A stretch of DNA of 64,000 bases from Monocercomonoides exilis PA203. Lineage: Eukaryota > Protista > Preaxostyla. The DNA is taken from assembly GCA_001643675.2 (NCBI GenBank), contig LSRY02000019.1, positions 1,532,986 through 1,596,985 of the forward strand, given 5' to 3'. Position 1 is the first letter of the stretch, and every line of letters begins with the position of its first letter. This document shows positions 1 through 13,479 of the stretch, one piece after another. Made by a program: the position numbers and the translations under genes. The notes beneath the pieces are model-generated. The model did no database searches. It worked only from the letters and a program-made list of their open reading frames with translations, and had not been told where the DNA came from.

Positions 1-2016
1 AGGTTAAGTATCTTTTTTTTTCTTTTTTTATGTGTTTTATTGGTTAACTTTATTAATTTTAGGTTCATTTTTATTGAACTTGATCAAAAAAATCTTTTTG
101 CACTGAAATTATCAAAAAGGTATGATTTTTTTGCAATAACAATAAAACAAATATATATGACAGAAATAAAAGCTAAATACTTATGAAATATCAATTTTCC
201 TCTTTGATCATCAAATACCACAATAGTTTTTATTTTATCGATTTTTGATCTTTTTCTATGATTTCAAAAAAAATCACCCATATGTTTAAAAAATGGTTCG
301 TTTTTGGATATTCGATTTATTTGTCAAAACAAAATGTTAAGATATCAACGATTCCTGTTAATTAACATGAAAATCTTATTTTATATGAAATCTGAGCAAG
401 TTTAATAAAGTGATGAGAAAAACAATTTTTTCATGCTTTGTGCATAAAAAGCTTGAAAGCTTGTATTTTCCCCCAATTTCTTTGCAGAATTTAGAAAAAT
501 ATTTATTTTTATATGGGTCATTATTTTTGAAAGCATGTAAGCTCAATTAAAAATTTCGGTCATTTTTCATGTTTCGATAAATTGTTTAATTTTCAAAAAT
601 AACAACAATTAAAAAAAGATTTTATGTTAAAAATAGTTTTTTTATATTTTTTGAGTGAGCATTAGCTATTTTGAAACACAAAAGAATTTTTTTGCTCATT
701 TCACAAAATAATCATATCATTCCATCATTTTAATTGACACTTCTGTTTAACTTAAGGTGATAATAATAATTTCGTGATAAAAATGAAAAGAGAAAAAACA
801 TTATCTAACGTTTTTTCATTAAAATTTCAGCAATTATTTTTCTGATCATGAAAAAACATTCGATATTGTTTAAGTGAAGAATTGATAGTCACTTTATATT
901 CTAAAATAGCATTGAAGAAGCAGTTCGATGAAAAAATAATTGCTTGTTTTCAATATTAATTCAGTTTGTTCTTTGTTTTTTCACTTTTCAATATTTAATT
1001 TTTGCAAACCCAAACACTTGATCGTGAATTTTTCATAAGTTGTATCTGTGCAATATATGATGCTCTTATCAAATATTTGTTTTGTTTCAGAACATATTCT
1101 TCAGAAATGTGTTCACAAACAAATTATTATTCAGCGAAAGCATTCATGCCATAAATTTCTTGGAATAACATAATTGTCTAAGGAACAATGTGCAATTTCT
1201 GTGATGCAAAAAACATTTCTCTTTTTCTGAATTTCATCATTCGGAAAAAGGAAATAATTTGATAAAAAATCCAGTTTTCTTTTCACAGCTATTTCACGTT
1301 TTTGTCAGCCTATTATATTATCCTTTCTTTTGATTTCTCATTTCGCAACAAACAATACATAAGTGTCTCATTCCATTGATATGATTTGCTTCAAGTTTTG
1401 GTGTGTGAAAATGATTTCAAAACAGTTTGAAACTCTAAATGTTCCGATCAATTGATAAAAACAGTTTCTGATTATGTTTCACGATGGCATGGAATAATAA
1501 ACTGCGTGAGTTCAATAAGTTCATCATCACTTTGAAAATGAAGCAGAAGATTCAATGAAATTACCCAGAAGTTACAATACCGTTTCTGAATGTGAAGAAT
1601 TTGGGAATGCGACACAGATCTATAACAAAAAAAGCAATGAATCAATAAACAAAAATTATGATAATAAAAAAATTAAATATATAATTTTGAACATTCTAAA
1701 TATTAATGAAGCAGAAAAAGCCCTTCTGAGAACGTATTTTCTTATATTCACATGCATACATCATATGTTTTTTTTCTTTTTTTAAAAACAATAAGAAATC
1801 ACATTCTCATGATAGTTATTCTATTTTTGCATGAACAATATATCCAAAACTTTCGAAAAATACATATTTCAAAATTTTTTGGAATGAAATGAACACTAAA
1901 ATAATTTAACATAAATTTCGGCCGAAAAAGTTAATATAAAAACAAATCAAAAATATCAAATAATAAACTTTCATTTAATTTTGAATTGGTTTAAAATTGA
2001 CTTATCAAGCGTTTGC

Positions 2017-2099
2017 CCTGGGAGGCTGATTCTGGACCCAAAGCCTTCAAGGGACTGTGCTGGACCGGTCACAGCACAGTCCCAGGACGGAATCAGCCT
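2017..2099. repeat. GC-rich nested inverted repeat/hairpin just downstream of the transposase gene
   Basis: GGGACTGTGCTG (2051-2062) pairs with CAGCACAGTCCC (2072-2083) around palindromic GACCGGTC. Outer AGGCTGATTC (2023-2032) pairs with GAATCAGCCT (2090-2099). CCTGGGA (2017-2023) pairs with TCCCAGG (2080-2086). Confidence 0.85.
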
Positions 2100-2174
2100 A
2101 GCCCCTTCATTTTCTGCACACAGCAAAAAAAATCCGGGGTACTTTAATTTTTCTGGTAAAATTTTCCAAAAAAA

Positions 2175-5100
2175 TTAAAGCTTGAGCAACAAACAACTTG
2201 AAAAGTTCATTTTCGAAACAAAGACAAAATTACTTGAAAGCAGAAAACAACAAATTAAAAAACTTTTGTAAAACAAATTCAATAAACTACAATGTTTTTT
2301 TCTTTCAGTGAACAATTTTAACGTATTGCTTCCAATTAACTTAACTTGTGGAACAGACTCACGAATTGAAAATTGTTTTTTATTTTTTTCATCTCTCACC
2401 CTTTCCTCTTTAAAATTCATCTTGACATCCCCTCTTGAATTCGATGGAGAAGCAACAGATCTGTAAATATTTTCATTTCGCTTTTCGTAAAATAAGAAGG
2501 TTTTCACTGCATCTGCCTTCAGCTTTTTCCAAAGAATTTTATTGGAAGCGTTGTACCTGAAAAAATATGTTATTAAAAAAATGAAAAAAGATCAACAATC
2601 ATCAAAAGAAAAAATAAAAAAATATAACAACCTTTAAAAAATACCTATATATATTTTTTTGTTCATTAACGTCAAAATCATTCAGTGAATGAGAGTTGTT
2701 GGTGATCTTATAGAAAAAATTAATTAGTTCATCTATATTATTTATCGAGATATCATTGTTCAATTCGTAATTTAGCAGACGTGTCAAACTCCCGAACTCC
2801 CCGTCACACTCACATTTACCATGTTTTTCACAAAAAAATGATAAAGTGGTGGTTTTATTTTTAGCAAATGAAGAATTATTAGACAAAAGGAAATGTAGGA
2901 GTTGTGAATTGCGAAAGTGTGGCCCAGTGTCACACATGAAATGAAATGTGTTTTTTTGTTGAAGCATTGGCAATGAAAGAACGTTTTGCAAACACTCAAT
3001 TGTGAATCGATAATCATGAGTGAGAATCTTCGAAAAGAAATTGAAAACGTGTTTTGTTCTGTTGTTTTTATCGTCCAAAACATAAACAATTACACAAAAG
3101 TGAGATGCACTTTCTTTGGAATAGAAATCTTTGCTCAGTTGATTTCTCCGAAGTGGAAAAGTCCAGTTTTCTTTGAAGTCAAATAGAATTAATGCTTCGT
3201 TTGGAGTTAAGTTGTTCTTCAAAAATCTGAAGTGACTTTGTTGATGAGATGCAAGAAGTCGATGATCTTCAATAAGTTGCATTGTTTCATTTTCTTTTTC
3301 TGAAAGATCAGAATTCTTTGATTTGAGGTTGTCTCGTTTCTTTTGAAGAGAGGAATACATTTCGCATAAATGGCATAAATCTGTTCGACGCTTAGCCTGC
3401 TTAATATGTTTGGTTTTTTTATAGAAAGTGCTTTTGGTCATTTTTATATGGGTTTCTTTAAATTTTTCAAACAACTTGGCTTTTGTCACGTTTATTATTC
3501 GAGTTGGAGGTTTTTTCATTTGAAAATCAATCTGCTTTTGATGATTCTGTGTGAAGTTCTTTTTGATTGAGGAGTTTCTTCGTTTGATGCAATTTCTAGT
3601 TTCCGATGAAGATGTTGCATTATTAAAGAAAGTGCGTTGTTTTGAATGAATTGGCTGATGCAATGAAGTGGCTGAATATTGTTGAATTGATGAAGAAATT
3701 GAGTCATTTGCATGAGGAGTGTTGTTTGAAATGTTTGAAGAAATTGAAGTGAAACGGGATTGTGATGATATGAAATTTGTCGTTGATGATAGGCACAAAG
3801 AATTTGTTCTTTCATCTTCACTGTTCTTCATGCTATTTGCTGCATGCTTCTCGAACGAATTAATTCTGATATCATCGTGATGATTTTGAGACAAGAAAAT
3901 ATCGCGTCCAATGTTAAATAAGTCGGGGGAGAATGGATTCTGAAGATTATTGTAGCGCTGTTTATTATTACGAACGTATACAAATAAAAATGGACGAGAA
4001 CCACCATTTATTTGTCTATTTATTTCAGATTGCACATTTTGTCCAACCACCGAAATATTTTCATCGTTGCATAATAACCATTCATCATTCGACAAATGAA
4101 CGTTGCCCTCTTTTTCATTCAAGCACAAAGAGAAAAAATGTCCAGATTCATTATTCCCTTGAAAGAACAATACAGAAATCAAACTGAAGTTACAAGCTCC
4201 TTCAACATGACAATCACCACATTTCAATCCCTCCATTTCATTTGAAAATGACAAACAAAAAGGAACATTCAACTCGTTTTCTCTGTTGTTATTTTGAGGT
4301 TCAAGTGAAATGGCCAAAATATTTGGAAACTGAATGATATTTAAAATTGCCAAATGATTTGTATTGTGTTTGCATTTTTCGCAAAATGCATCTCTATTGT
4401 TATGATTTGATGTGCTAAATTGAAAAGATTTGTTAAATGATTTGATAATATCATCACCATTCAAACGAATAATTGGAGAGGTTTCTGAAAAACCGAATGA
4501 AAAACTGCCACAAACTGAGCACTTTTTGGGGAAATTAATCTGAACACACATTTCTTTTGAAAGGTCTGGAGTTGTTTTTGATAAATCACTGAAGATGTTC
4601 ATAAATGCCTCATAGAATTCTTGCTGATTTCCTCTAAAAAAACTGTGTTCATTTTCCCATTGTTTAACAAATGATAGTGTCCATTTTGATTTGATATTTG
4701 AGTTGAAACCACATTTACTGCTCTTGAAGGTCGAAACAAGTTGAATTAAGTTGTCAAAATATGAATTCTTTGATACATTTTTAACTTCGAAGTGATCAAA
4801 ATATTGATATATTGATCTGAACACTTGAATCAAAGAAGCCAAATAACAGGTATTACCAAAATTCTGTAAAGGATAACAGCTTGTGGGTGCTGAATTCTGG
4901 CCGATCGATGTGTCTTTTGATGTTTTTAGCCATTGATCACGATCATCACAATTTGACCCATATGTGCTTTTTATATCTTCGAATGATGAATGAGATAAAT
5001 TTTCGTTGATGGATTCCATTTCTATGTCACTATCATAAACATCATATGAATTGTTTGAACAATCAAAGTTTGATGATCCAATGTTTAAAGCACCACCATT

Positions 5101-5337
5101 AAATGTTAAACCTTTGATTTGCTGATGTGATCTGCATTCGCAGTCAATCCATTGATCGATTCCTTGATGTGTGTTATTAAACGTGGGTGAATTAATATCA
5201 TTTATTTCAATTTCAGGTGACCCAAAGTCCAAGTCAACAATTTGATCACTTTGAAAATAGTTTTTAAGAGGATCGATATCTTCCTCCATGCAATCATCTG
5301 AATTTAAAATTGAAAAATCATCATCTTCACAATCCAT
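2175..5337 (-). CDS. USP (peptidase C19) deubiquitinase fused to a DDD-type DNA transposase (Sola2-like)
   Basis: 911-aa ORF 2602-5337. USP motifs: Cys box LQNFGNTCYLASLIQ, QQEFYEAF, CxxC pairs, His box QGNNESGHFF, WLLCND. C-terminal transposase motifs: TDLCHLCE, LFDFKENW, CDTGPHFRN, FFCEKHGKCECDGEFG. A probable GT-AG intron at 2557-2644 joins it in frame to ORF 2175-2507. Confidence 0.75.
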
Positions 5338-5438
5338 TGAGCCTTTTCCGAATTAGTTCGAAATTCAATTTGTTTCATATGAAAGAATAAAGCAAACATT
5401 CGTTTAACTGTACTGTCCGTCTCGAACCTTCCGAAGAT

Positions 5439-6041
5439 TCAGTTGAGTTTTCTATTAGAAAATTCAAGAATTTTTCCTCGTCTGTTTTGCTGAGCTCTTG
5501 GTTTATCCATCAAAATATATAGAAAAAAATGAACAATTTTATCATAAAATGAATCCAAACTTGATTTAGAGGGTGGAAGAGAAGGTTTATTTAGATATGG
5601 AATATCAAAAATTTCAGAAGAACTGTTTTGCTTTGCATGTTTATAACTTCCGATTGTGCAGTTAAATCCAAACATAAGAAGCTGCTGATAGCTGAATTCG
5701 TGGCATAAACATTTGAGAATTGAAACTTTTGAATGAACATTGAGTTCATTATTGTAAACAGATGCCAGCCTCATAACAACATATTTGTTTTTGTCTGTTG
5801 AAAGAGATTGAAAGATTATTGTTCAAATAAAGAATACAGTAACAGAAAACGAAAAACCATTGAATATCTTCTGAATTTGAGGAAATAACTTTTTTCCTTT
5901 ATTTGTATGTTGAAACATGTATTCCATCAAAATAACAGGGTCTCCGTATGACTGTTCTTCCAAAAATTTCCATGATTTGCTGCACTTTTCACTTTTCCTG
6001 GAACTTGACAATTCAGAAAACACTTTTCCTTCCATGATCAT
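5439..6041 (-). CDS. Short upstream ORFs/exons, possibly the N-terminal part of the same transposon gene
   Basis: Two co-oriented ORFs (5823-6041, 5439-5774) lie directly upstream of the USP-transposase ORF. No diagnostic motif recognised. Confidence 0.35.
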
Positions 6042-7406
6042 CTTCCTATATTTCGTATTCGTTGGTCTTTAAAAAAAGAATCGATCTATTCATTATTTAC
6101 AAAATGCTGAATGACAGATGAAAATATAAAAGCTGATAAGTACTTTTTATGAATTTTTTGACTTTTTATTTCAGTTTTTCTAAGAAAGCTTTTATTTTTA
6201 AGTTTTTTCTTCCAATGAATTATATGAAATGTTCTGATAACTTTGAAGGCATGTGATCAATATGATAAAATTGAACATATTAGAACATGTATTTAAAAAG
6301 AAAAGCAGAAGCATTTCGGTTCGTGCAGTTCAAATAAAGATGCATATGAAGAATTGTCCACATAATAAAGATCAGAAATAACAAATCATCAAAAATACAA
6401 GAACAGAGAAAAAAATGTCATAAAAACAATTTGAATTGAGTCGTCTGTACAGCAAGGGAGGATGATTATGTTTTAATTTGTTAACTTAGCTACTGAAATC
6501 GGATTAAATTAATATTTAAAGATGAATATGTTGAAAAAAGAATCAGAGGAAAAGGAAGAGGAAAAAGAAGGAGGAGGAAAAGTTAAATTGGAAGGTTTAA
6601 TCTGGACAACTTCTGTTTGAACAACATGTTGTTAATTGCGAAGAATTGGTGAGGAAGAAAACGTGAAGAAATACGAAGAAGATGGATGATGAATCATTAG
6701 GCGATATTACCTTTTTTACTTCATCTGAACTCAGTTCAGGTGAAATTGCTTTCAAATCTTCATTCGATTCTCCTCCTCCTTCTTCTCCTTCTTCTCCTTC
6801 TTCTCCTTCTTCTCCTTCTTCTCCTTCTTCTCCTTCTTCTTCTCCTTCTCCTCCTCATCTTTTCTCTCCACAGGTTTCAACTTATTCTTCAAATGACTTC
6901 AACACTTCATAAAAATCTCCGATGCGTTCTTCCACACACATTCAGAATGAAAATGGGGCAGTTGGGAAAGGGAGAGGGAAACATTGCAATGAATATGATA
7001 GAGAAGGAAGAGAAGGAGAAGGAGAAAGTGAAGGAGAGGAAGAGGAAGAGGAAGAAGAAGAATTTGATTTGTAAAGAAATGAACGGAGGATGAGTTGATT
7101 TTAGAAGAAAAAGAAGAAGAAGAAAGAGAAGAAGAAAATAGAAAGAAATTAACGAATAATTTTTGTGAATATGAAAATGTGTTGCAAAATAGAGAGAGAG
7201 AGAAAATTCTGGAGTCTACTAAGTTTTTTGTTATGTTCATTGAAGTTTTGCAATGCAAAACACACAACAACTTATGAATTTTCTTTGGTTGGCTCAAAAT
7301 TTATATTTTTTCCTCTTATCTTTCTATTTATTTCCTTCCACTCCCCACCCCTTCCCTTTCTCACAATTTATTATTATTATTATTTTTTCATTAGTCTTTC
7401 TTTCTT

Positions 7407-7437
<31 letters not shown>

Positions 7438-8568
7438 TGTTTAAACGATTTCAACGATTATTCTCATTTCACTCAACATTCATCTTTCTTCTTTGTCATC
7501 TCCATCTCTTTATCTTCCATCTTTTTCTGCTATCTTTTTATTTTCTCTCTTTCTTTATATCTAATTTCATCATGCAATTATTATGTTAAGATATTTATAA
7601 TTTATTTTTTCATTTTTCATCTTTTTCCCCCTTCTTCTTCTTCTTCTTCTTCTTCTTTTTCTTTTTCTTCTTCTTCTTTAACTTCTTCTTCAACTTCTTC
7701 TCCTTCTCCTTCTCTTTCAATTTCTCTTTCTCCTTCTCCTTCTTCTCATACTAACTTCGGACAAAGATGCGAAGCTACAAAGAGAACTGCATTACCTGAG
7801 CAGCCGTCGCCTCTGCGGGAGTGGTTTGTTCTTTTTTTGCAGGAGTGAAATGAATTCAAAAATAACCAAATTTCGTTACGAGTCTCTGCATCTTTGTATT
7901 CTTCCCCTTCTTCTCTCCATCCTGCCATGTCCCTCCTCTCCGACATCTTTCTCCCTCCTTCAACAAAAAAAGAAACATTGAAAATTGATGTTTTTTTGCT
8001 TCACTTTTTCCATCCTTCAAAATCTTGAAATTAAAAAAACAGAAAATAAGAAGATAATCTCAATCGGAAAAAGAAATAAGCGTTTGCAGACTTTGGGTGC
8101 TTGTGGCTTGAATGACCACACTTTGTGCTTTTAGGCATTCGCCAAGCTCGCTTCACAGAAGAAAAAGGGGAAGAAGAAAAGACGACAACGATCGGCAGAT
8201 TGAAGCAGACGAAAAGGGGATGCCGAGGAAGGAAGGGATGCTCATCTTTCTGTGCTTGAAGGAAATAGCTCTTCGGCCTGCGTGATTGGAAGGCATCAAA
8301 TGCCAACGAGATTGCGGATGAGGAAGATAAACCCTGATGAAAACGAAGAGAATGAGTTGGCTGTGCTTCAACAGCGAAGAGGAGGAAGATGGATGGAAAG
8401 GTTGGCATTCATTCATCGATGCTCACGATTCCGATGACAATGCTTTTGAAATGCATTCTCTGATGCTCAAGGCGCCAAATTCAATGGATCATGTGCAAAC
8501 ACAGAAACTGAGCGAAACAACAACTTTGTTGAAAAACACATGATGAAAACAAACAATCAAATTCTATT

Positions 8569-9450
8569 TCATTGGCTGTGGTGACAAAGAAAGCAAACTT
8601 CGAATGATAATCTCCTCACTTGCTCAAAATGGCTGTCTCTTTGAAGAAAGAAATCCAAAAGCGTTTGGACTGAATGTTGTTCAATTGCCAACAAATATTC
8701 GATAATTGGATGTCTCGTAGTTGGCGTTTCTCCACTCTTTTGAAACAAAAGTGGAATCATAAATAGAATTTTGTTGCTTTCCATGTCTGACTGGCGCAGT
8801 CCGAGAAGCAGGAAAACCTTATAAATAAAACCGATATTTTTGAGTTCTCCTTTTTTTCGTTGAATTCTTGCCTTTTTTTTTGCGATTGACATATATCTTT
8901 TGATATTGCCAGCCACTTTCCTTGCCAAAAAACCGCTTCCCCTGCCTTATGCTCCCAAATGCTATATAATTTTGTGAAGATTTATCCTTCACTGAACTCC
9001 TTATTATCTTCATTCAATAAAACTTTAGTCGAATTTGTTTTCACCTCTTGCACCAAATAAAAAATTATGAAAATCATGTATCTTGCGTAACTTCATTTAT
9101 TTCCCAATGTCTATATAATAATCAGCTCCGTTCTCATCATATTGCTCCACAAAGCGGAGATTGGCCATTTCAACAATAACTCACATTCCTGCACTTTGAA
9201 GAGGATACAGATAGAAATATCTTGACGATCAATAGAACAATAAAAATTGCATACATTATGTTTTTTGCGTTATTGATGAAATTGTTGTATTCCCCTTGGT
9301 CATCCAATTACCAATAATCATCAGATAGAATTCCAAAAATATTGCATCTCCACCATTTCTTGTTATCTCCACAGGAAATAATATTTCTAGCCCTACAGGT
9401 AATGTTAAATCACGGATTTCTCATTCTGTGAATGGATAATTCCGTTCTTT
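8569..9450 (-). pseudogene. Degraded coding fragment, possibly a tyrosine-recombinase remnant
   Basis: ORF 8569-8928 contains VFLLLGLRQSDM, resembling tyrosine-recombinase box I (GxRxSE). Surrounding frames are interrupted by stops. Confidence 0.2.
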
Positions 9451-9659
9451 CAAATCTGATGATCATTGAATCCATTACAAATAAAGATTAATTATGAATC
9501 GTTATTTTATTTACAGTTGCTTTTTAAAAATGTCAGCAAAAGAAAGAATAGAATAAACACACATATTTTTCTATTGCTATTTTGTGATAAAATTTATGCA
9601 ACTTTCTTCTATCCAAACATTTGTTCATTCAACGTGAATGACGAAATTTTTTGTGTTTT

Positions 9660-11100
9660 CCGAATGCAATCAGTTTTCGAAAATGCAGGAGATGGAAAGC
9701 TCAATAAAATTCAATGGTATCCAATTTTTTATGGAATTCAATTCTTTATGATCCGTTTCTTTTCTCATTTTTATTTTTGAAGAGTTGTTTTCTGAATAAG
9801 AGCGAAGCTTAGAAATTGAACAGAAAAAATAATCGAAGGGATAAATTTGCAAATGGAAGAAATGAATGAAAAAGAATTTGGTTCTGAAGTCCCAACAGAT
9901 CTGTTCAAAAAATTGACAAAATGATCGAAAAAAAGAAACTGTCAATGGAAAATGTCATTGGGTTGTTGAAGCATATTGGATTTTGCGAAGTTCTTTTGTT
10001 CTTGTGGAGTTATGACTTTAATAATTCTTTGCTGCGCAGAAAATTTAAAAAGATGATTATTTAAGAAGAAAAGAAAAAAGATGAAAAGAATGAAAAGCTT
10101 CTGACTGATCTTTGCGAGTGCTTTGTTTTGCTCAAGTGTGGAATTTCATTGGATTTGTAATCAATTTGTGTGCCTTATCTCCTGAAAATTGCCTTGAAGA
10201 AAAAAGAAAGCGAAGAAACTCAAATGGAAGTGGAAATGGCATTGCTGGCTTTGAGCTACATCAGATTTAATGAATAAACATTATTATTTCCTTTTTCTAA
10301 AAACTTTTTTTCTTCCTTTTTTGCATAGGAAATGAAAAGAGAACTGCGTTTAAAGCAAATCAAAGAAATGATCGAACATCATCAGAAAAATCAGAATATG
10401 ACAAGGCTTGTCTATCAATCAATTTGGCAATTTTTTATAGACAGATTGTACAAAGACAAAAGCTTGGAAAAAGTTATTGTGAACGAATTGCACTTTGCTA
10501 GAGAAGCAGCAAGAGAACTGGAAGAGCTAACAAAGTGCTTGAATTGGAAAAATAAATTTGAGAAAATGAGCAAAGAAGTGGCGAATGAAGAGCTAGTAAT
10601 TCAGAGATGGATCAAAACACTTGAGATTTTAACCAGCAGTTGTCGATTGTGGAATGAAGAATACGTTGGACTTATCAACAGTCTTGTTCAGTTATTTCGA
10701 GCAGCAAAGGAAAACCACAGGGGAATTTGCTACGGGTGCATTTTTTCCTTGAGAAATATGGCAGAAAGGAGAGTTGTCAAAAATGAAGACTTGGTGAACA
10801 TAGGAGCTTTTGGTCTTTTTTTGGAGGGGATTCAGAGGCCAACATTGGATGATAGATTGACATATCAATTTTTGGTGATTTTCATGAATATTTCAATGCT
10901 GTGGAAAAGAAAGGAGAAAGATGAAATTGGAGAAGTGAAAAGAAAAACGAGCATGAGGAAAGTGTTTGAAAAGATGGAAGAAGAAGGACACAAGAATATT
11001 GTCACATGCTTTCAAGAAATATTTGATTTTTTCACAGAAAATTTAGTGATGATAATTTTTCTTTTAACATTTCATATTATTTCGCATTCGTTTGAATCAA
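9660..11100 (+). pseudogene. Member of a lineage-expanded helical/ARM-like hypothetical protein family, disrupted at the 5' end
   Basis: Motifs EETQMEVEMALLALS and KEMIEHHQKNQNMTRLVYQSIWQFFIDRL...EKMEEEG match the Monocercomonoides-type expanded family as I recall it. In-frame stops lie in 9780-10160. The 10332 ORF runs on into low-complexity sequence. Confidence 0.6.
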
Positions 11101-13479
11101 AAGAGCTTTTTCGAATTCTGATTTTTCGGAAATTGTTATTGTTAAGTCAGAAAAAGAAAGGAAACAAAAGAAGAAGGAGAGAGGAAGAATTTGATAACAA
11201 TCAGAAAAGAGTCTTTTTTAGCAATACGTGTAACTCCGATTCATTCATTCTTCAACGCATTTTCCTTCACTTTAATTCTTATCTTCTCTTCTTCCTTTTC
11301 ATTTTCCTCTTCATATTCCTCTTCCTCCACCTCATCATTTTCCTTTTCCTCATTTTCATCCTCTTTCTCTTCGTTCTTTTTTTATCTTCTTTTTCTTCTT
11401 CATCATCCTCTTCTTCTGTTTTTTCTTCTTCAGCCAAACAAAAAACGAAAGAAGAAACAAAAGAAACAGTCAAAAAAGTGAATACAAAAGAGAAGGAAAA
11501 GCAAACACAGCTTGTAATTGATGAATGCAAAGAAGAAAAATCATTCTCTTCATGTTTTTCTTCAACGTCTCCATTGACTGTCTTATATATATACATGATA
11601 ATCAGTGCAAATGAAGATGAGGATGATACAGAACAAAATTGAACATATAGCAAAGATGATAAAGAAGACAAAAGCTAAACCACTTCAGAGAGAAATGCTG
11701 AAACAGGTGAATAAGGTTCCATAACGTTTCAGATAGAAAGTGACAAAGATGGCGATTCGTTGAATTGAATGTACTGAGCCTCTTTCTTCTCATTAACAAA
11801 CTTCCTCTTCATGTTCCTCATTTTCACTTCTCCTCATTTTCTCTTTTTGTTTCAAAACCTTTTTTATTTTATCCTTCTCTGTGTTCGCTTGTTCTTGTTT
11901 TAATTCGCTTGATGCTTCATTTGATTTCAATTGAAGAGAAAAGGAAACTTTTAGCTCTAAAGCGGATATGATGACTTTGAAATAGTTGAATTGAATCAAA
12001 ACCTCCATCTGAACAAGAGGAGTACAAGGAAGAAGAAAAAAAGAGGAAAAAAAAAGAACAGTAAAATGTTTGAAAACTCTGATCAGATAAAAGGACGTTG
12101 TTTAAGTTGAAAGTATGTTTGCAAATACAGGTTGTTGATATTGCAAAACTTATTCACATGAACACATCTTATTGAGGAGAGTGTCAATTCTGATAGCACA
12201 AGATAAATGGATTGGAGACGAACAGGCGGAATGCACAGAACCAAAAGAGAAAGAAATGATGTTGTGTCAATTTATGAAGCGTATGAATCGAAAACAGTTG
12301 CAGCAATTGACCTTCAATTCGCGATTTAAGAATAACTACAAATTTGTTAAAGCACAAATGTGTTTCATGATTCCTTTCTTCTTTTTCTTCACAATTATTG
12401 TATCATCGCCTTTTTTTCCCAATCAGATGTTTTAGTCACCATTCTTTCAATCTTCACTGGAGCTAATTTTCCGAATGGCATTATGATATCTTCTTCTTCA
12501 GTAATCTTTTAAAAGATTGATCAGGAGTTTTATTCCAACTTTCAGAGCAGTTTTTTTCCAGTGAAAATTCAGAAAACCAGTCGAAAACAGACTTGTCAAA
12601 TGGAAGAAAAAATGAAGCATGCGAAAGCGATCGAAGAAGCACAGAAAAAGGCAGCAAATGCGAAGAAGAAGAGAAAAAGGTGGAAAGAAGTGGATTTTGA
12701 TAACTTCATTTGGAGTTTGTTTCATAATTAGAGGTAAGCAAGAATTTTACAACAAGTTTTCAATTGTGCAGTTTTAAAGCTTTTAATTCTGTTTTATTTC
12801 GAACTTGATCATCAGATGCTTCAAAAATATCAAAAGTTCAATTGTTTCTTTTGAAATCCTAAAGCGCGTCATTCTTCGATCAGCTCCACCTCTGGATTCC
12901 TACACACACAAACCCATAAGAACAAGCAGGTTTTCTGAAGATGATGTGATGAACGAACTTTCGCAATATGGCATAGGTCTATTTTGTACCAGTTTGGAAA
13001 GACTTTTTAAAAATTTTTTATTAGCATATTATTAATTCTTATAATTATTGCAAGCAAACTGCTGATGGAAAAAGACGAAATTCTTCCATCAAAAAAATGA
13101 TATTTTTTCAATTTTTTCTCAACCCATAATATTTTCCTATTGATCGCAAAGAATTAAAAATTTTATTTTTGACTTTGTAAAGTTTTTTCATTAATTTTAA
13201 AAGTGTAATTTTTATCAAAATTGTTTATGTTTATTAATTGTTTCCTAATATTGTTACAACACCATTCGTATGATGCTCTTTTCACAATATAACTTCACTA
13301 ATGTTTTAATCATTTTCACAAGAATATAAATTGAAATCGCGTTATAAATATTATATAGCACTTAGATGTATTGAAGATTAGTGTGTATATGTTTAAAATA
13401 GTCGATGAATATTTTATCAAACTGCCTTTAATTTTTAATTTTTTTGATTTGACTGAATAAGAAAAGACAGTTTAACTGG

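Noticed and set aside
6682-8543. Numerous short overlapping ORFs
   Set aside because: Low-complexity CTT/GAA runs and stop-riddled fragments with no recognisable domain.
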